This document shows positions 18,167 through 28,416 of a DNA stretch of 36,618 nucleotides, piece after piece. Origin of the DNA: Planctomycetaceae bacterium. Lineage in GTDB: Bacteria; Planctomycetota; Planctomycetia; Pirellulales; UBA1268. Every line of letters starts with the position of its first letter. Position 1 is the stretch's first letter. Both the position numbers and the translations under genes were made by a program. The notes below the pieces were generated by a model. That model ran no database searches. It was not told where the DNA came from and worked only from the letters and a program-made list of their open reading frames with translations. The stretch covers positions 1 through 36,618 of the forward strand of contig JBJTJO010000122.1 of the NCBI GenBank assembly GCA_046095965.1, in the 5' to 3' direction.

Positions 18167-20089
18167 TCAGCGGCGACGGATGGGCACCACCGCCTCGCGG
18201 CCCGCCAGGCGGCGGCACGTGGTCGCGATGCCGGCGGCGTCGAGGCCGAGGTCGGCGAGCAGCTCGCCCCGCTCACCGTGCTCGACGAACCGGTCGGGCA
18301 GGCCGAGCCGCACGATCGGGCCGTGCGGCAGCGGCGCCTCCGCGGCGGCGCGGGCGTCGGCCACGGCCTCGAGCACCGCGCTGCCGAAGCCGGTCGGCAG
18401 GGCGTTCTCCTCCACGGTGACCGTCCACGGGGCCGCCTCGATCCGCTCCACGATGGCCGGGTCGAGGGGCTTCACGAACCGGGCGTTGACCACCGCGATC
18501 TCGAGTCCCTCCTCGCGCAGCGCCGCCGCCGCAGCGAGCGCCTCGCCGAGGAGCGTGCCGCAGGCCACGACGAGGCCGTCATGGCCCTCGATCATGAGCT
18601 CCGACCTGCCGAGCTCGAGCGGCGCCCGCGGCCCCTCGTGCCGCTGGACGACGGCCTTCGGGTAGCGGATCGCCACGGGGCCGGACTGGGCGAGGGCCCA
18701 GGGAAGCATCGCCTCGAGGTCGTGCTCGTCGCCGGGCGCGAGCACCGCGATGTTGGGGAACAGCCGCATGGCCCCGAGGTCGTAGGAGCCGTGGTGCGTG
18801 GGGCCGTCGGGCCCGGTGAGGCCCGCGCGGTCCATCCTGAACACGACCGGCAGGTCCTGCAGGCAGACCTCCTGGAAGACCTGGTCGTAGGAACGCTGCA
18901 GGAACGTGCTGTAGATGTCCACGATCGGCCGGCAGCCCGCCTTCGCCTGGCCGGCCGCGAAGGCCACGGCGTGCGACTCGCAGATGCCCACGTCGAAGAA
19001 CCGCGTCGGGAACTCCTCGCGGACCTTCTCGAGCTTGTTGCCCTGGCACATCGCCGCGGTCAGCACCGTGACCCGCTCGTCGCGCCGCAGGCAGGTGGCG
19101 ATCGTCGCCGCCGCCACGTCGGTGTAGGCGCGGGCCGACGACTTCTTGATCGACACGATGCAGTCGTCGTCGTCGCACTCGAACGGCGCCGGCGTGTGGA
19201 AGAAGACCGGGTCGTCCTCGGCCGGCTTGAAGCCGTGCCCCTTCTCGGTGAGCACGTGGAGCAGGATCGGTCCCTCGGCGTCCTTCACGAGCTCCAGGTA
19301 GCGGATGAGGTTGGGCAGCGAATGCCCCTCGACCGGGCCGAAGTAGCGGACGCCCATCGCCTCGAAGAGCGCCCCGCCGTGGAGGCCGGTCTTCAGCGAC
19401 TCCTTCACGCTGCCGAGCATCCGCTCCATCGACTCGCCGACCACCGGTACGCCCTTGATGATCTCGCCGGCCTGCTGCTTGAGCTCGCGGTACCAGGGAT
19501 TCGTGCGGATCGTGTCGAGATACTCGGCGAGCGCCCCGACGCGCGGGCAGATCGACATCCGGTTGTCGTTGAGGATCACGAGCAGCCGCTTCTTGAGGAA
19601 GCCGGCGTTGTTGAGGGCCTCGAAGACGATGCCCGAGGGGAGGGCGCCGTCGCCGATGACGGCCACGCTCCGCCGGTCGTCCGCGCCGAGGAGGTCGTCG
19701 CCGCTGGCCAGGCCGAGGGCGGTCGAGACGCTGCAGCCGGCGTGGCCGGTCATGAACAGGTCGTACGGGCTCTCCGCGGGGTTCGGGTAGCCCATCAGGC
19801 CACCCTTCGTGCGGATCGTGGGAAAGCGGTCGTAGCGGCCCGTGACGAGCTTGTGGGGATAGATCTGGTGGCCCGTGTCCCAGATCAGCCGGTCGCGGGA
19901 GAAGTCGAACACCCTGTGCAGTGCCAGGCAGAGCTCGACGACGCCGAGGTTCGAGGCGAAGTGGGCGGTTCGCGTGCCGGCGACGCCGGTGAGGGCCCGC
20001 CGCATCTCGGCGGCGAGCGCCTCGAGTTGCTCGGGCGACAGCCCGCGCAGGTCGCGTGGCGACGTGATGGTCGGAAGGATGTGCGTCAT
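18167..20089 (-). CDS. dxs: 1-deoxy-D-xylulose-5-phosphate synthase
   Basis: HFASNLGVVEL, WDTGHQIYPHK, GDGA...NDN TPP motif, FDVGICESH, DRAGLTGPDGPTHHG; GAGGTG upstream of the ATG. Confidence 0.97.
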   Translation of the reverse strand: MTHILPTITSPRDLRGLSPEQLEALAAEMRRALTGVAGTRTAHFASNLGVVELCLALHRVFDFSRDRLIWDTGHQIYPHKLVTGRYDRFPTIRTKGGLMGYPNPAESPYDLFMTGHAGCSVSTALGLASGDDLLGADDRRSVAVIGDGALPSGIVFEALNNAGFLKKRLLVILNDNRMSICPRVGALAEYLDTIRTNPWYRELKQQAGEIIKGVPVVGESMERMLGSVKESLKTGLHGGALFEAMGVRYFGPVEGHSLPNLIRYLELVKDAEGPILLHVLTEKGHGFKPAEDDPVFFHTPAPFECDDDDCIVSIKKSSARAYTDVAAATIATCLRRDERVTVLTAAMCQGNKLEKVREEFPTRFFDVGICESHAVAFAAGQAKAGCRPIVDIYSTFLQRSYDQVFQEVCLQDLPVVFRMDRAGLTGPDGPTHHGSYDLGAMRLFPNIAVLAPGDEHDLEAMLPWALAQSGPVAIRYPKAVVQRHEGPRAPLELGRSELMIEGHDGLVVACGTLLGEALAAAAALREEGLEIAVVNARFVKPLDPAIVERIEAAPWTVTVEENALPTGFGSAVLEAVADARAAAEAPLPHGPIVRLGLPDRFVEHGERGELLADLGLDAAGIATTCRRLAGREAVVPIRRR

Positions 20090-20147
20090 GCGGTGTCCCA
20101 CCTCGTCGAACCGGCGGGCCGGAGCGGCCGCCATGCGTATCGTAGTG

Positions 20148-21098
20148 TCAGTGCGAGCGGCCGACGATCCAGGTCGCAAGTCGGCCGAGGTCGCCCGCCG
20201 ATTCACCAAGCTCGGCCGCGGCCGCCACGGCCTCGGCCGCGAGCCGCTCGGCCCGGGCCCGCGCCGCCGCCAGGCCCTCGACCGTGGGGAACGTGAGTTT
20301 CCCACGGCCGGCATCCTTGCCGACACGCTTGCCGACGGCGGCCTCGTCCCCCTCGGCGTCGAGCAGGTCGTCGGCGATCTGGAAGGCCTGGCCGAAGGCG
20401 CGGCCGAAGCGCGCGAGCACGGCCAGTCGTCGCGCGTCGGCACCGGCGGCGAGCCCGCCGAGCTCGAGGGCGGCGAGGAACAGCGCACCCGTCTTGCGGC
20501 GGTTGATGCGATCCATCCACGCCACCTGCTCGGCGGCGGGGGCGGCCGCGAGGTCGGCGATCCAGCCCCGCTCCGCGGCCAGGTCGTCGGCCTGACCCCC
20601 GACGAGCGCCTCGGCGCCGGCCGCGCGGGCGAGCGCGAGGCAGGCCTTTGCGGCGCCGGAGGCCGGCATCTCGCGGGAGAGCACCTCGAAGGCCAGCGCC
20701 TGGAGGGCGTCGCCGCAGAGGATCGCGGTGGCCTCGTCGAACGCACGGTGGCAGGTGGGGCGGCCGCGGCGGAGATCGTCGTCGTCCATCGCCGGCAGGT
20801 CGTCGTGCACGAGCGAGTAGGCGTGGATCAGTTCGACCGCGACGGCGGCCGGTGCGGCCGACTCCCACGCTCCGCCGCAGGCCTCGGCGGCCCACACGGC
20901 GAGCGCGGGCCGCAGCCGCTTGCCCGGGGCGAGGGCGGCGTAGCGCATCGCCTCGACGAGCCGCGGTGCGGCATCGGGCCCGCAGGCGAGGACGCGATCG
21001 AGGTGCGGCTCGATGAAGTCGCGGACCCGCGCCAGCGCGGCTTCGACGGCGGTCTCCGACGACGGAGCCGGCCTGCTGGGCACCTGGCAGCCTGCCAT
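20148..21098 (-). CDS. ispA: Polyprenyl (farnesyl/geranylgeranyl) diphosphate synthase
   Basis: GKRLRP, HAYSLVHDDLPAMDDDDLRRG, GQADDL, KTGALF, FQIADDLLD, GKD. Confidence 0.95.
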   Translation of the reverse strand: MAGCQVPSRPAPSSETAVEAALARVRDFIEPHLDRVLACGPDAAPRLVEAMRYAALAPGKRLRPALAVWAAEACGGAWESAAPAAVAVELIHAYSLVHDDLPAMDDDDLRRGRPTCHRAFDEATAILCGDALQALAFEVLSREMPASGAAKACLALARAAGAEALVGGQADDLAAERGWIADLAAAPAAEQVAWMDRINRRKTGALFLAALELGGLAAGADARRLAVLARFGRAFGQAFQIADDLLDAEGDEAAVGKRVGKDAGRGKLTFPTVEGLAAARARAERLAAEAVAAAAELGESAGDLGRLATWIVGRSH

Positions 21099-21218
21099 GC
21101 GGAAGCCTTGCAGAGGAAGTCGGAATTGATGAGGAACGGTTCCCCGCCGCGTCGGTGCGCGAGGCCAGCAGTCTAGCAGACTGTGCTGGGCTGTCAGTTC
21201 AGCACGTCGGTGGCTCGA

Positions 21219-21322
21219 TCTCCCTCTCCCTCTGGGAGAGGGCCGGGGTGAGGGTGCTTTGGCAGCGTCACCCAGGCACCCTCACCCGGCCTGCGGCCGG
21301 CCTCTCCCAGGGGGAGAGGCGA
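21219..21322 (-). repeat. Palindromic REP/REPIN-like doublet, copy B (opposite orientation, 18-nt spacer)
   Basis: Reverse complement of the copy A arms; spacer TTTGGCAGCGTCACCCAG. Confidence 0.9.
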
Positions 21323-21348
21323 GTCGGGAAACCTCGCCATGGGCTGCG

Positions 21349-21720
21349 CTAACCGGGCTCCGCGTCGTCCATGCCGGGGAGCTGCCGGGGACGGGCGGCC
21401 TTCGCGCGGTTCGTGCGGGCGGGGCGCGCCGAGGCAGTCTGGGGCGACCCTGCGGCCATGTCATCGCCGCCTGCCGGCGGCGCCGAGTCCTCGAGCACGG
21501 GCCGCCCCTCGTCGTCGATCCGCACGAGCACCTTCACCCGCTCCTCCGCGTTCGCGAGCTCCTCGTGGAGCCGCTTGAGGATCCCGACGCCGTGCTCGTA
21601 GGCGGCGATCGACGCCGAGAGGCCGAGGCTCCCCGATTCGAGTCCCGCGACCAGCTCAGCGAGCCGCTGGAGCGCGGCCTCGAACGACTCCGGCGTCCCG
21701 TCAACGTCCGATTCCGCCAT
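21349..21720 (-). CDS. xseB: Exodeoxyribonuclease VII small subunit with a C-terminal extension
   Basis: SFEAALQRLAELVAGLESGSLGLSASIAAYEHGV...LANAEERV; directly downstream of xseA. Confidence 0.93.
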   Translation of the reverse strand: MAESDVDGTPESFEAALQRLAELVAGLESGSLGLSASIAAYEHGVGILKRLHEELANAEERVKVLVRIDDEGRPVLEDSAPPAGGDDMAAGSPQTASARPARTNRAKAARPRQLPGMDDAEPG

Positions 21721-22951
21721 GCTCCACCCTTTCCACGCGACTGGTGATCCTGCCGTCCGCGAGCAGCGTCTCGATCGCGTCGCCCGTCGCGAGGCCCGCG
21801 ACCGACCGCAGCGCGTCCACAGCGCCCGCGCGCCGGGTCACCGACCAGCCGCGGGCGAGGAGGTGCAGCGGGCTGCCGGCCTCGAGCCGGCCGGACGCGG
21901 CGGCGAGCCGCTCGCCGGCCCGCGCGCAGGCCGCGGTCGCCAGCCGCTTCAGCCGCAAGGCCTGCTGGTCGAGCTGCAGCCGCCGGTCGCCCACGAGCCG
22001 GGCCGGATCGGCGAAGATCCGCGACCGTGCGAGGTGGACCACCCGCTCGCGGGCGAGCGACACGCGGCGACCGAGGCCGGCCTGCAACCGCAGGCCGAGG
22101 GCGGCCACCGCCGCGGCGAGTTGCCGGCCGTCGGGCGAGACCTTCACGGCGGCGTCGGTGGGCGTGAGCGCCCGCAGGTCGGCGGCGAGGTCGGCGAGCG
22201 AGACGTCGATCTCATGGCCGACGCCCGCGACGACCGGGATCGGCGAGGTGGCCACCGCGCGGACGAGCACCTCCTCGTTGAAGCTCCAGAGGTCCTCGAG
22301 GCTGCCCCCGCCGCGCACGAGCGCGATGACGTCGGGCGCGGGCACGAGCCGCGCTGCGGCAGCGAGCCCCTCGGCGAGTTCCTCGGCCGCGCCGGCCCCC
22401 TGCACGCGACGGGGCACGACCACCACCTCGCTGCCGTGCCAGCGCGCGAAGAGCGTGCGCAGGAAGTCGGCGATCGCCGCGCCCGTGGGGCTCGTGACGA
22501 GGGCGATCCGTCGCGGGAAGGCCGGGATCGGCCGCTTCCGCGCCGGCGCGAAGAGCCCCTCGGCCTCGAGCCGGGCGTGGAGGCGGCGGAGCTGGGCCTC
22601 GAGCGCGCCCTCGCCCACGGCGTGGAGCCGGTCGATCGTGAGCTGGTAGGTGCCCCGTGGGGCGTAGACCTCGATCCGGCCGTGGCAGATCACCTCGAGG
22701 CCGTCGGTCGGCTCGATCGCCAGCTGCGGCAGCATGCCCCGCCAGACCACGGCCCGCAGCAGGGCCCCCTCGTCCTTGAGCGACAGGTAGACGTGGCCCG
22801 AGGAGGCCCGCGTGAGGTTCGAGACCTCGCCGCAGACCCAGACGTCGCCGAACCGCGACTCGACCTGCTCCTTGACGCGCGACGTCACCTCCGACACGCT
22901 CATGGCGTGTTCGGGCGGACCGCGGCGGTCGGAGTCGTCCCGGGCGCTCAT
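21701..22951 (-). CDS. xseA: Exodeoxyribonuclease VII large subunit
   Basis: WVCGEVSN, SGHVYLSLKD, VTSPTGAA, RGGGSLEDLWSFN, GVGHEID, TPTDAA. Confidence 0.96.
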   Translation of the reverse strand: MSARDDSDRRGPPEHAMSVSEVTSRVKEQVESRFGDVWVCGEVSNLTRASSGHVYLSLKDEGALLRAVVWRGMLPQLAIEPTDGLEVICHGRIEVYAPRGTYQLTIDRLHAVGEGALEAQLRRLHARLEAEGLFAPARKRPIPAFPRRIALVTSPTGAAIADFLRTLFARWHGSEVVVVPRRVQGAGAAEELAEGLAAAARLVPAPDVIALVRGGGSLEDLWSFNEEVLVRAVATSPIPVVAGVGHEIDVSLADLAADLRALTPTDAAVKVSPDGRQLAAAVAALGLRLQAGLGRRVSLARERVVHLARSRIFADPARLVGDRRLQLDQQALRLKRLATAACARAGERLAAASGRLEAGSPLHLLARGWSVTRRAGAVDALRSVAGLATGDAIETLLADGRITSRVERVEHGGIGR

Positions 22952-23031
22952 CGGGCGGCCAATGTAGCACGGTCGCCCCGGCCTCCCCCACGCTGCGACC
23001 CGTTTCCATCCGCTCCTTGTCCGCACCCACG

Positions 23032-24330
23032 ATGCCCGCCAGCCCAGTGTCCCCCGCCGCGACCGAGCCGCCGCCGTCCCGCGGCGCGCTGCTCATCGTC
23101 TTCCTGACGGTGTTCATCGACCTGCTCGGCTTCGGCATCGTCCTGCCGGTGATGCCGCGGCAGGCGGAGCCCTACCTCGACGCCCTCGGCCTCTCGCCGG
23201 TGGCGGGGGGCCTGGTCATCGGGCTGCTGTTCTCGGTGTTCTCACTCATGCAGTTCATCTTCAGCCCCATGTTGGGTCGGCTTTCCGACCGCGTCGGCCG
23301 CCGGCCGCTGCTGCTCCTGAGCCTCGCGGGATCGGTCGTGTTCTACGCCCTCTACGGCTGGGCGGTGACCATGCCCGCCGACCGCGCGGCGTGGGCCCTC
23401 GGCCTCATGCTCGCCGCGCGGATCGGGGCCGGCATCGCCGGGGCGAGCGTCGGCACCGCGGCGGCGGTGATCGCCGACTGCACGACCCCGGAGAACCGGG
23501 CCCGCGGGATGGCGCTCATCGGCATCGCCTTCGGCGGCGGCTTCACCCTCGGGCCGCTCATCGCCTACTTCGGCCTCGCCCTGTTCAAACGGCAACCGTG
23601 GGGGGTGGGGGCGATCGCGTCGCTGCTCTCGCTCGTGGCGCTGCTCATCGCCGTGGTCGTGTTCCGCGAGACCCGTCGGCCGGGCAGCCACGCCGCGAAG
23701 GAGCGGCCGGGGTTCGCCCGCACCGCCGCCGTGCTCGCCATGCCCTCCATCGGGGCGCTCGTGCTCGTCTACTTCCTCGCGATCGTGGCCTTCGCCAACT
23801 TCGAGGCCACGCTCGCCCGACTCACGAAGTCGGCCTTCGGCATGGACGACGACGGCAACTTCCTCGTGTTCGCGTTCATCGGCCTCATGCTGCTGCTCGC
23901 CGGTGGCGCCTACCGGCCGCTGGCGAAGCGACTGCCCGAGACGCGCCTCCTCGCCGCCGGAGTCGTCCTCATGATGCTCGGCCTGGGGCTGATCGGGTGC
24001 GTGGCCTGGGCATTCCGCGACGGGACGGCCACGGCGAACCGGGGGAGCATGGCCGTGTTCTTCGCGGCCGCGGCCGTGGCGATGGCGGGATTCGCGTGCG
24101 TCAATCCGTCGGTGTCGGCGTTGATCTCGAAGGGGGCCGACCCGGAGCGGCAGGGGGAGGTGCTCGGGGTCAACCAGGCGTTCGCGTCGCTGGCGCGGAT
24201 CGTGGGGCCCTTCCTGGGCTCGGTCCTGTTCGCGGCGCACCCGTCGCATACGCTTCCCTTCGTGGCGGCCGTGCTGATCCTCGGATGCGTGGCCGCCCTG
24301 CTCCCGCGGATCGCGCCGGCCCGGGCCTGA
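23032..24330 (+). CDS. MFS drug:H+ antiporter (TetA/DHA1-like)
   Basis: IDLLGFGIVLP, GRLSDRVGRRP (motif A), GFTLGP (motif C), about 12 TM helices. Confidence 0.9.
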   Translation: MPASPVSPAATEPPPSRGALLIVFLTVFIDLLGFGIVLPVMPRQAEPYLDALGLSPVAGGLVIGLLFSVFSLMQFIFSPMLGRLSDRVGRRPLLLLSLAGSVVFYALYGWAVTMPADRAAWALGLMLAARIGAGIAGASVGTAAAVIADCTTPENRARGMALIGIAFGGGFTLGPLIAYFGLALFKRQPWGVGAIASLLSLVALLIAVVVFRETRRPGSHAAKERPGFARTAAVLAMPSIGALVLVYFLAIVAFANFEATLARLTKSAFGMDDDGNFLVFAFIGLMLLLAGGAYRPLAKRLPETRLLAAGVVLMMLGLGLIGCVAWAFRDGTATANRGSMAVFFAAAAVAMAGFACVNPSVSALISKGADPERQGEVLGVNQAFASLARIVGPFLGSVLFAAHPSHTLPFVAAVLILGCVAALLPRIAPARA

Positions 24331-24354
24331 CGGTCCGCCGCGGCGTCCAGTCGC

Positions 24355-25188
24355 ATGGCATCAACCAGTCCCGACGTTCCGGTCGAGGCCGACTCCGCGG
24401 CGTTCGCCCCGGGGGTGGGCATCGTCGTCGTGGGTCACGGCACGGCCGATGCGACCGGGGCCGCGGAGACGGGCGAGGTGGCGGCCCTGGTCGCCGCGCT
24501 CGTGCCCGGCACGCCCGTGGAACTCGGGTTCCTGGAGGTGATCGAGCCGACCATCGCGGCTGCCGTGCAACGGCTGGCCACGCGGGGCTGCCGGGAGATC
24601 ATCGCGGCCCCGCTCCTGCTCTTCGCCGCGGGGCACGCGCGGCGCGACGTGCCCGAGTCGCTCGTCGCCGCGGCGGCCGCCGCGGGCGTGACGACCCGGC
24701 AGGCGGAGCCGCTCGGCCTGCACGACGCACTCGTGGAACTCTCCGCCCGGCGGCGTCGCGAGGCGCTCGCGGCGCTCGGGCCCGGCGCCGCCGCCGCCGA
24801 CACCGTGCTCGTGGTGCTCGGCCGCGGGGCGAGCGATCCCGGCGCGATGGGCAGGCTGCGGGAGTTCGCCGGCGCGTCGTTGGCGGCCGGCGGCGGGTGG
24901 CGTCCGCCCCGGAACGAATACGGCTTCGCGGCCGCCGCCCGCCCCCCCCTCGACGAGGCGCTCGCGGCCGCCGCCGCCGTGTCACCCCGGCGGGTCGTCG
25001 TCCAACCGCACCTTCTGTTCCGGGGCCACGTAGAGGAACAGGTGTCGGCGGCGGTGGGCCGGGCACGGGAGACCTGGCCGCGGATCGAATGGGTGCAGGC
25101 GGCGCGACTCGGAGCCGACCCGCGGGTGGCGCGGGTGGTGGTGGACCGGGCCGCGGAAGCCGCCCGTTTTCCCGCGGCGCCCGGGTGA
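24355..25188 (+). CDS. Sirohydrochlorin chelatase (CbiX/SirB family, two domains)
   Basis: VVGHGT, GFLE...P, PLLLFAAGHARRDVP, GRGASDP, PHLLFRG. Confidence 0.88.
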   Translation: MASTSPDVPVEADSAAFAPGVGIVVVGHGTADATGAAETGEVAALVAALVPGTPVELGFLEVIEPTIAAAVQRLATRGCREIIAAPLLLFAAGHARRDVPESLVAAAAAAGVTTRQAEPLGLHDALVELSARRRREALAALGPGAAAADTVLVVLGRGASDPGAMGRLREFAGASLAAGGGWRPPRNEYGFAAAARPPLDEALAAAAAVSPRRVVVQPHLLFRGHVEEQVSAAVGRARETWPRIEWVQAARLGADPRVARVVVDRAAEAARFPAAPG

Positions 25189-25290
25189 AACCGGGCGCGC
25201 CGGGATCGTCTCGCCAAGGCCGGCGGCAGTCGCCACAATACGGTTCTGGATTCGGCCGGAGTCGGTTCCTCGTCGAGGGAGAGTCGGGGC

Positions 25291-27501
25291 ATGAAGCGCT
25301 TTGAATCGGCAGTCGGGAACTCGTCCGGAACGCCGCGGCCTCTCCACGGTCACCCGCTGCGGTTCGCCTTGGTCGCGGGACTGCTCTTCGGCATCGCGGG
25401 ATCGGGCCCCCGGACCCTCGCCGAGCAGCCGCCGACCGCGGCGCCGTCGGCCCAGCCGGTCGCCGCGGCCACCGGTGGCCCCAAGCCCGGCGCCAACGAC
25501 CGGCACATCGCCGTGGCCGTCCGCCGGCACCTCGAGCGGGAGCATTACCTGCGGCAGCCGATCGACGACGCGGTGGCCCGCCGCTGGTTCGAGAAGTTCC
25601 TCGAGAGCCTCGACCCGATGAAGGTCTACTTCCTCCAGAGCGACGTGGACGCCTTCGCGCAGCGGCGCGACGCGCTCGACGACGTGGTCAAGAAGGGGGA
25701 CGTGTCGTTCGCCTACGAGGTCTTCAACCGCTTCCTGCAGCGCGTCGATGCGCGGCAGCCGCTCATCGACCGGCTGCTCTCGACGCCCCACGACTTCACG
25801 AAGCAGGAGTCGATCGTCGTCGATCGCAAGGCGACGACGTGGGCCCAGACCGAGGCCGAGGCCGAGGACCTGTGGCGGCGGCGGATCAAGTGGGACCTGC
25901 TCGTGCAGAAGATGGAGAAGACGCCGCCGGAGGAGGTGAAGGACAAGCTGCTGCGGCGCTACCGCAGCTTCGCGAAGCGAATGCACCAGATGACCGCCGA
26001 CGAACTCCTCGAAACCTACCTCTCCTCGCTCACGAGCAGCTTCGACCCCCACACGTCGTTCATGTCGCCCGGGACGCTCGAGAACTTCGAGATCGGCATG
26101 AAGCTCGAACTCGACGGCATCGGCGCCCAGCTCAAGGGGGAGGACGGCTACACGACGATCGTGGAGCTCACGCCGGGTGGCGCCGCCGACAAGGACGGCC
26201 GGCTCAAGGCGAAGGACCGGGTCGTGGGCGTGGGGCAGGGGGCGGAGGGCGAGATCGTGGACACCGTGGACATGAACCTCAACGAGGTCGTGAAGCTCAT
26301 CCGGGGCAAGCGCGGCACGGTCGTGCGCCTCAAGGTGATGCCCGTCGGCGAGACCGTGCCGAAGGTCTACGACATCACCCGCGCCAAGATCGAGCTCAAG
26401 GACTCCGAGGCCCGCGGCGAGGTGCTCGAGCACGGGAAGAAGCCCGACGGCACCCCGTGGCGGATCGGCTTCATCAACCTGCCGAGCTTCTACATGGACA
26501 TGGCCGGCGCGCAGCAGGGGCAGGCCGATTTCAAGAGCAGCACCCGCGACACGAAGCGGCTGCTCGACGACTTCCGCCGGCAGGGCGTGGACTGCGTCGT
26601 GCTCGATCTCCGCAGCAACGGCGGCGGCTCGTTGCCGGAGGCGATCAAGCTCACGGGCCTGTTCATCGACCGGGGTCCGGTCGTGCAGGTCAAGGACGCC
26701 GACAAGCAGGTCCGGCCGTTCGACGACGTCGAAGCCGGCACGGCCTGGGACGGCCCGCTCGTCGTGCTCACGAGCAAGTTCAGCGCCAGCGCCAGCGAGA
26801 TCCTCGCCGGCGCGATCCAGGACTACCACCGCGGCCTGATCGTGGGGGACGAGGCGACCCACGGCAAGGGGACCGTGCAGAGCCTGCTCGACCTGGGCCG
26901 GCAGCTCTTCCAGCGGTTCGACAACGCCCCGTCGCTCGGCGCGATCAAGATCACGATGCAGCAGTTCTACCGTCCGTCGGGGGCGAGCACGCAGCTCGAG
27001 GGCGTGAAGAGCGACGTGGTGCTGCCGAGCATCACGGCCCACCTGCCGGTGGGCGAGCGCGACCTCGACAACGCCCTGCCGTTCGACCGCGTGCCGCCGG
27101 CCGCCTACCGCGACGACGGGCGGGTGCGCGACGCGGTCGTGGAGCAGCTGCGGCGGCGGTCGGCCGAGCGGGTCCACGACAAGAAGGACTTCGTCAAGCT
27201 CGACGCCGACGTGGCCCGCTACAAGAAGCGGAAGGACGAGAAGACGGTGTCGCTCCTGGAGGCCGATTTCGAGCGGCAGTGGAACGAGGGGAAGGCCGCC
27301 GAGGACGAGGAGGAGAAGAAGCTCGAGGAGATGGAGTCGCAGAAGCGCCCGGTCGTCCGCCGCGACTACTATCTCGACGAGGCTCTCGACGTCACGGTGG
27401 ACTACCTGCAGCTGCTCGCCGGCGGCGCGCTCGCGCCGGTCGTGGCCCAGCGGACGGCCGAGGCCGCCGACGCCCGCCAGGCCGTCCCCGCGCTGCCGTA
27501 G
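25291..27501 (+). CDS. prc: Carboxy-terminal processing (tail-specific) protease, S41A
   Basis: Signal segment; DPHT; GIGA PDZ; LDLRSNGGGSL; SASASEI (catalytic Ser); GKGTVQ (catalytic Lys). Confidence 0.93.
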   Translation: MKRFESAVGNSSGTPRPLHGHPLRFALVAGLLFGIAGSGPRTLAEQPPTAAPSAQPVAAATGGPKPGANDRHIAVAVRRHLEREHYLRQPIDDAVARRWFEKFLESLDPMKVYFLQSDVDAFAQRRDALDDVVKKGDVSFAYEVFNRFLQRVDARQPLIDRLLSTPHDFTKQESIVVDRKATTWAQTEAEAEDLWRRRIKWDLLVQKMEKTPPEEVKDKLLRRYRSFAKRMHQMTADELLETYLSSLTSSFDPHTSFMSPGTLENFEIGMKLELDGIGAQLKGEDGYTTIVELTPGGAADKDGRLKAKDRVVGVGQGAEGEIVDTVDMNLNEVVKLIRGKRGTVVRLKVMPVGETVPKVYDITRAKIELKDSEARGEVLEHGKKPDGTPWRIGFINLPSFYMDMAGAQQGQADFKSSTRDTKRLLDDFRRQGVDCVVLDLRSNGGGSLPEAIKLTGLFIDRGPVVQVKDADKQVRPFDDVEAGTAWDGPLVVLTSKFSASASEILAGAIQDYHRGLIVGDEATHGKGTVQSLLDLGRQLFQRFDNAPSLGAIKITMQQFYRPSGASTQLEGVKSDVVLPSITAHLPVGERDLDNALPFDRVPPAAYRDDGRVRDAVVEQLRRRSAERVHDKKDFVKLDADVARYKKRKDEKTVSLLEADFERQWNEGKAAEDEEEKKLEEMESQKRPVVRRDYYLDEALDVTVDYLQLLAGGALAPVVAQRTAEAADARQAVPALP

Positions 27502-27522
27502 CGCTGCGGGGATGATCGCGGC

Positions 27523-28416
27523 TCACCGTGGCAGGAGGTCCGCGAGCGCGGCAAGCGGATCGGGGTGGTCCGGCGCGAAGTCGAGGTCGCGGAACAGGAG
27601 CGCGGGATTCACCCGCCGGTTCTCGCCGCGCTGCCGCGGCGCGGCCGGATCCCAGGTGGGAACCGGGGCGCCCGCAAGCGCCGCGAGCCGGCCGTACCAT
27701 TCGCGGCGGAGCACCGGCCTGCCGTCGGAGACGACGTAGAGCGGCCGGGGCCGGGCCGCGGCCGCGACCGCGACCACGGCCCGCGCCGCGTCATCGACGT
27801 GGACGAGGTTCAGCCACGAGTCGGGGTCGGCCGCGACGGGGCGGCCGGCCCGCAGGTCGTCGAGCCGGGGCAGCCGGCCGGGACCGTACAGTCCCGCGAA
27901 CCGCAGGGCGGTCCCCGAGCCGAGCGGGTGCGACCGCAGCACCGCCTCGGCCTCGACGAGCACGTGGCCCGTCTCGCGGGCCGGTCGCGGGGGCGTGGAC
28001 TCATCGACGAGGCCGCCCCGCTCGTCGCCCCACACGCCGGTCGAGCTCGAGAGGATGAACCGTGGCGGCGGGGTGCGCGCGTCGCGCGTCCCGGCGGCGA
28101 GCCCGTCGAGGAGCCGGCCGAGGCCGGCGACGTGGACGTCGCGGGGCGTCGCGGCACCCTCGCGATCGAAACCCACGGCCCAGAAGACGGTGGCGACCGG
28201 CGGCAGGCGGAGCCAGGGGGCAGCGGCGTCCGCCACGTCGGCGACGACCGGCTCGAGGCCGGCCGCCGCGAGCTCCGCGGCCCGCGTCGCCCGACGCGTC
28301 ACGGCGAGGACACGATCACCGGCGTCGAGCCACCGCCGCGCGACCCGCGCGCCGAGATACCCGCAGCCGACGACGAGCCGCGTCCGCCCGCTCCCCGCGC
28401 AGGGCGCGTCACTCAT
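27523..28416 (-). CDS. NAD-dependent epimerase/dehydratase, atypical SDR (YeeZ-like)
   Basis: VVGCGYLG Rossmann motif, SSTGVWG, LRFAGLYGPGR, NLVHVDD. Confidence 0.88.
   Translation of the reverse strand: MSDAPCAGSGRTRLVVGCGYLGARVARRWLDAGDRVLAVTRRATRAAELAAAGLEPVVADVADAAAPWLRLPPVATVFWAVGFDREGAATPRDVHVAGLGRLLDGLAAGTRDARTPPPRFILSSSTGVWGDERGGLVDESTPPRPARETGHVLVEAEAVLRSHPLGSGTALRFAGLYGPGRLPRLDDLRAGRPVAADPDSWLNLVHVDDAARAVVAVAAAARPRPLYVVSDGRPVLRREWYGRLAALAGAPVPTWDPAAPRQRGENRRVNPALLFRDLDFAPDHPDPLAALADLLPR

Noticed and set aside
21132-21141. AGGAACGGTT matching the start of the copy C spacer
   Set aside because: Only 10 nt, which is compatible with chance
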